In this document: one piece after another, positions 61,161 through 64,000 of the stretch
Position numbering within the stretch: position 1 is the first letter of the stretch
Layout of the letters: each line of letters opens with the position of its first letter
Assembly: GCA_002269645.1 (NCBI GenBank)
Contig: NIVC01002691.1
Location: forward strand, 28,555 to 92,554
DNA length: 64,000 bases
Reading direction: 5' to 3'
From: Macrostomum lignano
Taxonomy: Eukaryota
Made by a program: the position numbers and the translations under genes
The notes under the pieces: generated by a model
What the model was told of the DNA's origin: nothing
Seen by the model: the letters and a program-made list of their open reading frames with translations, nothing else
The model's database searches: none

Positions 61161-62013
61161 GACATCGGCATACAGTCATTCACTAATGCAGGCAAAAACA
61201 AACGAACCGACATGCAGACGCGAATACAGACTTAAATGCTATACATGGTACAGACAGACAGGCAGGCAACATCCGATGCAAAATATGATTCGAGCGCAAG
61301 AGACTGATTAACTACTCGAAGCAACAGAAGACTCGGAGGCTAAAGCAGCGCTCCTCTATGCGCAAAGCCGATCAATCAGGGAAACGCATGATATGGAAAA
61401 TTTCGATTGACAGAATTGCTAATAAAATGAAACTATGTATCTGTGAGTTTCTATAGCTTCTGACTATTAAACTTCTGCATGCTGTATGGTACGAATCGCT
61501 TCAATGAACAGCAATGCAGTATATAACAGAGTCGAGAGAATCGGTTCACTCGGATTTAATTTAAGTCCTCACGGTTAGTTTGAACTCGGGCTCTGAAATA
61601 AAAGTCCGAGTCGTACTTTCTACAGATTATGCCTGGGTAAATAAACATTCATTTCCTATTTTTTAGCTATCTAAAAGATTCAGAAGAAGTTCTAGAAGAG
61701 AGAGGAACGAGGGGAGATTAGAGAGAGAGGAGAGGAGAGAAAGTGAGAGAAGAGACAAGCCTTGCGTGGGCCGGATTGATATATTGTGAAGTTTCAAAGG
61801 ACCCAAAGTCTCAGTGAGGCATCAGTGTTCCTTCTGGAAGTTATGAGCATATTCGCTGCAGTCCGCGGTCTTTCACAAGAAGATCCATGTACAAAACGAT
61901 TGCTATACTATAGAGACTTTTTCACTTCATTGTCAGTTGATAGCAAATTGGGAGAAGCTCCGTGTTGATGGAGCACCATGATGCTGTCAACAGCTGTCGC
62001 TGTTGGTGCTTCA

Positions 62014-62158
62014 TGATGGACTGCAAGACGCTTAACTCTGCATTGCTTCAGTTCACCCAGCTGTAAAATGGGTGCCAGCATTAGCTGGGCGGTAATTGAG
62101 GGAGTGTGTGGCGACCCCCCCCCCACCCCAGTTCTTGGACTGAACAGCCGTACGCAGC
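62014..62158 (+). mobile_element. 5'-truncated copy of the same tRNA-SINE family
   Basis: GCAAGACGCTTAACTCTGCATTGCTTCAGTTCACCCAGCTGTAAAATGGGTGCCAGCATTAGCTGG...GGACTGAACAGCCGT matches the reverse complement of 47490-47630. Confidence 0.8.
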
Positions 62159-62409
62159 ATTCAGATGCGCCGTGCAATAGCTGCGGCTGAGCTGTCGGTT
62201 GCACATCTGCCCAATAGGGCAGGTGTAATGAATTATTATTATTATTATTATTTCCATGATATATTATCAGTTCGGCGTTGGTCTACTTGTGAATGGCGGA
62301 CACCACCAGCTCGGTGGTGTGAGAAAGTGTTGCAGATGTGTTGCAGATGTTGCAGCCATTTTAATTACCAGGATCAACAGGTAGTATCAGGAAAATTTTA
62401 TCGCCTTCC

Positions 62410-63090
62410 TTCGTAACTATTCTGCATAGCAACCAATTCTGCCTTCGTAACTATGCTGCATAGCAACCAATTCTGCCTTCGTAACAATGCTGCACAGCAA
62501 CAATGATTTAAATCTTAGTAACAATGCTGCATAGCAACCAATTCTGCCTTCGTAACAATGCTGCATAGCAACCAATTCTGCCTTCGTAAAAATGCTGCAT
62601 AGCAACCAATGATTTAATTCTTAGTAACTATGCTGCATAGCAACCAATTCTGCCTTCGTAAAAATGCTGCATAGCAACCAATGATTTAAATCTTAGTAAC
62701 TATGCTGCATAGCAACCAATTCTGCCTTCGTAAAAATGCTGCATAGCAACCAATGATTTAATTCTTAGTAACTATGCTGCATAGCAACCAATTCTGCCTT
62801 CGTAAAAATGCTGCATAGCAACCAATGATTTAATTCTTAGTAACTATGCTGCATAGCAACCAATTCTGCCTTCGTAAAAATGCTGCATAGCAACCAATGA
62901 TTTAATTCTTAGTAACTATGCTGCATAGCAACCAATTCTGCCTTCGTAACAATGCGGCATAGCAACCAATGATTTAATTCTTAGTAACTATGCTGCATAG
63001 CAACCAATTCTGCCTTCGTAAAAATGCTGCATAGCAACCAATGATTTAATTCTTAGTAACTATGTTGGATAGCAACCAATGCTGCCTTAG
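62410..63090. repeat. 34/38-bp minisatellite forming a 72-bp higher-order repeat
   Basis: ATGCTGCATAGCAACCAA followed alternately by TTCTGCCTTCGTAAAA or TGATTTAATTCTTAGTAACT. Confidence 0.92.
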
Positions 63091-63516
63091 TAACTATTTT
63101 ACTACGAAAATACAAATGTAATAAAATGAAAATTGCAAGAGAGTAGCAATATGACTTTCTGTGACGAAAGATATGCTTGCAAGCAAATTAAACAGCAAAC
63201 TCGTATTTCAAGTTCAGCGCTCTATTTCAGAACTGCACAACTTCAACATATCCGGTATGAAGAAGCTCAAGTATTTTTACACGCTTAGATTGTTTGCTTA
63301 TGTCATGATGTGAGATTATAGAAAACTATTCAGAAGTACATGGCTCACTTGTAGTTGGGCTGCATTGGTTTGTAGGGCGCAAAACAAAAGTTTACGGATT
63401 ACTGTGATAGCTGACAGTATTACAGGTTTCAACATTTGTACGTGTGAGGTGTGGATGCGGTGTCCGTAGATAGAAGCCATCAGCTGTTCTGGGACTAATT
63501 CTTGTCAGCTGCTAGA

Positions 63517-63670
63517 CTAGAGTGTCACCTGTGTTAGACTAGAGTGTCACCTGTGTTAGACTAGAGTGTCACCTGTGTTAGACTAGAGTGTCACCTGTGT
63601 TAGACTAGAGTGTCACCTGTGTTAGACTAGAGTGTCACCTGTGTTAGACTAGAGTGTCACCTGTGTTAGA
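63517..63670. repeat. Perfect 22-bp tandem repeat (CTAGAGTGTCACCTGTGTTAGA) x7
   Basis: Direct periodicity. Confidence 0.95.
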
Positions 63671-64000
63671 CACGAGTTTCTCGGCCCTGGTTAGATGTAC
63701 TCGTGACTGATTTAAATTGAGGGCTAGTTCATTTGTTGGCTGTTCTCAACGCCTAAAAACATTTCAACTTTCCTACTGTCAACTCACAGCTGAGTGCAGC
63801 TTTAGAATATGCAAATTTCATGTGCAATCATTATACATGCTTGTAAAAGACATTATCTCTGATATCTATGCATTGCATAGGGGCTAAATGAGATTGAGAA
63901 TATCTCACAAGAATTCTGTACTTTTATCAGCTCAGCCATGCGGACGCACTCTTAACGATTATCTTCACGGCGCTTCAGGAACTGCGGGTCCACCGCTGTC

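Overview
This is animal genomic DNA, not prokaryotic: it has GT-AG introns, GC-rich exons in AT-rich spacers, and about 20 minisatellite arrays. The style is consistent with a flatworm such as Macrostomum (inference only). Host genes on the - strand are an intronless class-A GPCR-like ORF, a two-exon beta-tubulin and a two-exon dymeclin. On the + strand are two tandem copies of a four-exon type-I membrane protein gene with ependymin/LolA-like motifs, in a duplication with a 6816-bp offset. A transposon island spans about 25.7-44.6 kb. It holds a CR1/L2-group LINE whose ORF1 and ORF2 share one frame separated by a single TGA, two decayed RTE-like RT fragments and small MITEs. It also holds a complete Chapaev (Transib/RAG1-related) transposon with TIRs, TSD and one nonsense codon, an apparently intact hAT, a decayed PHD-MULE, and a Penelope-like fragment with a minimal hammerhead ribozyme motif. 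The large host introns are mostly minisatellite, and the membrane gene's own stop codon is amplified as a 20-bp VNTR. Most long ORFs in the supplied track over repeats are artefacts. No database searches were run; family calls rest on motifs recognised by eye.
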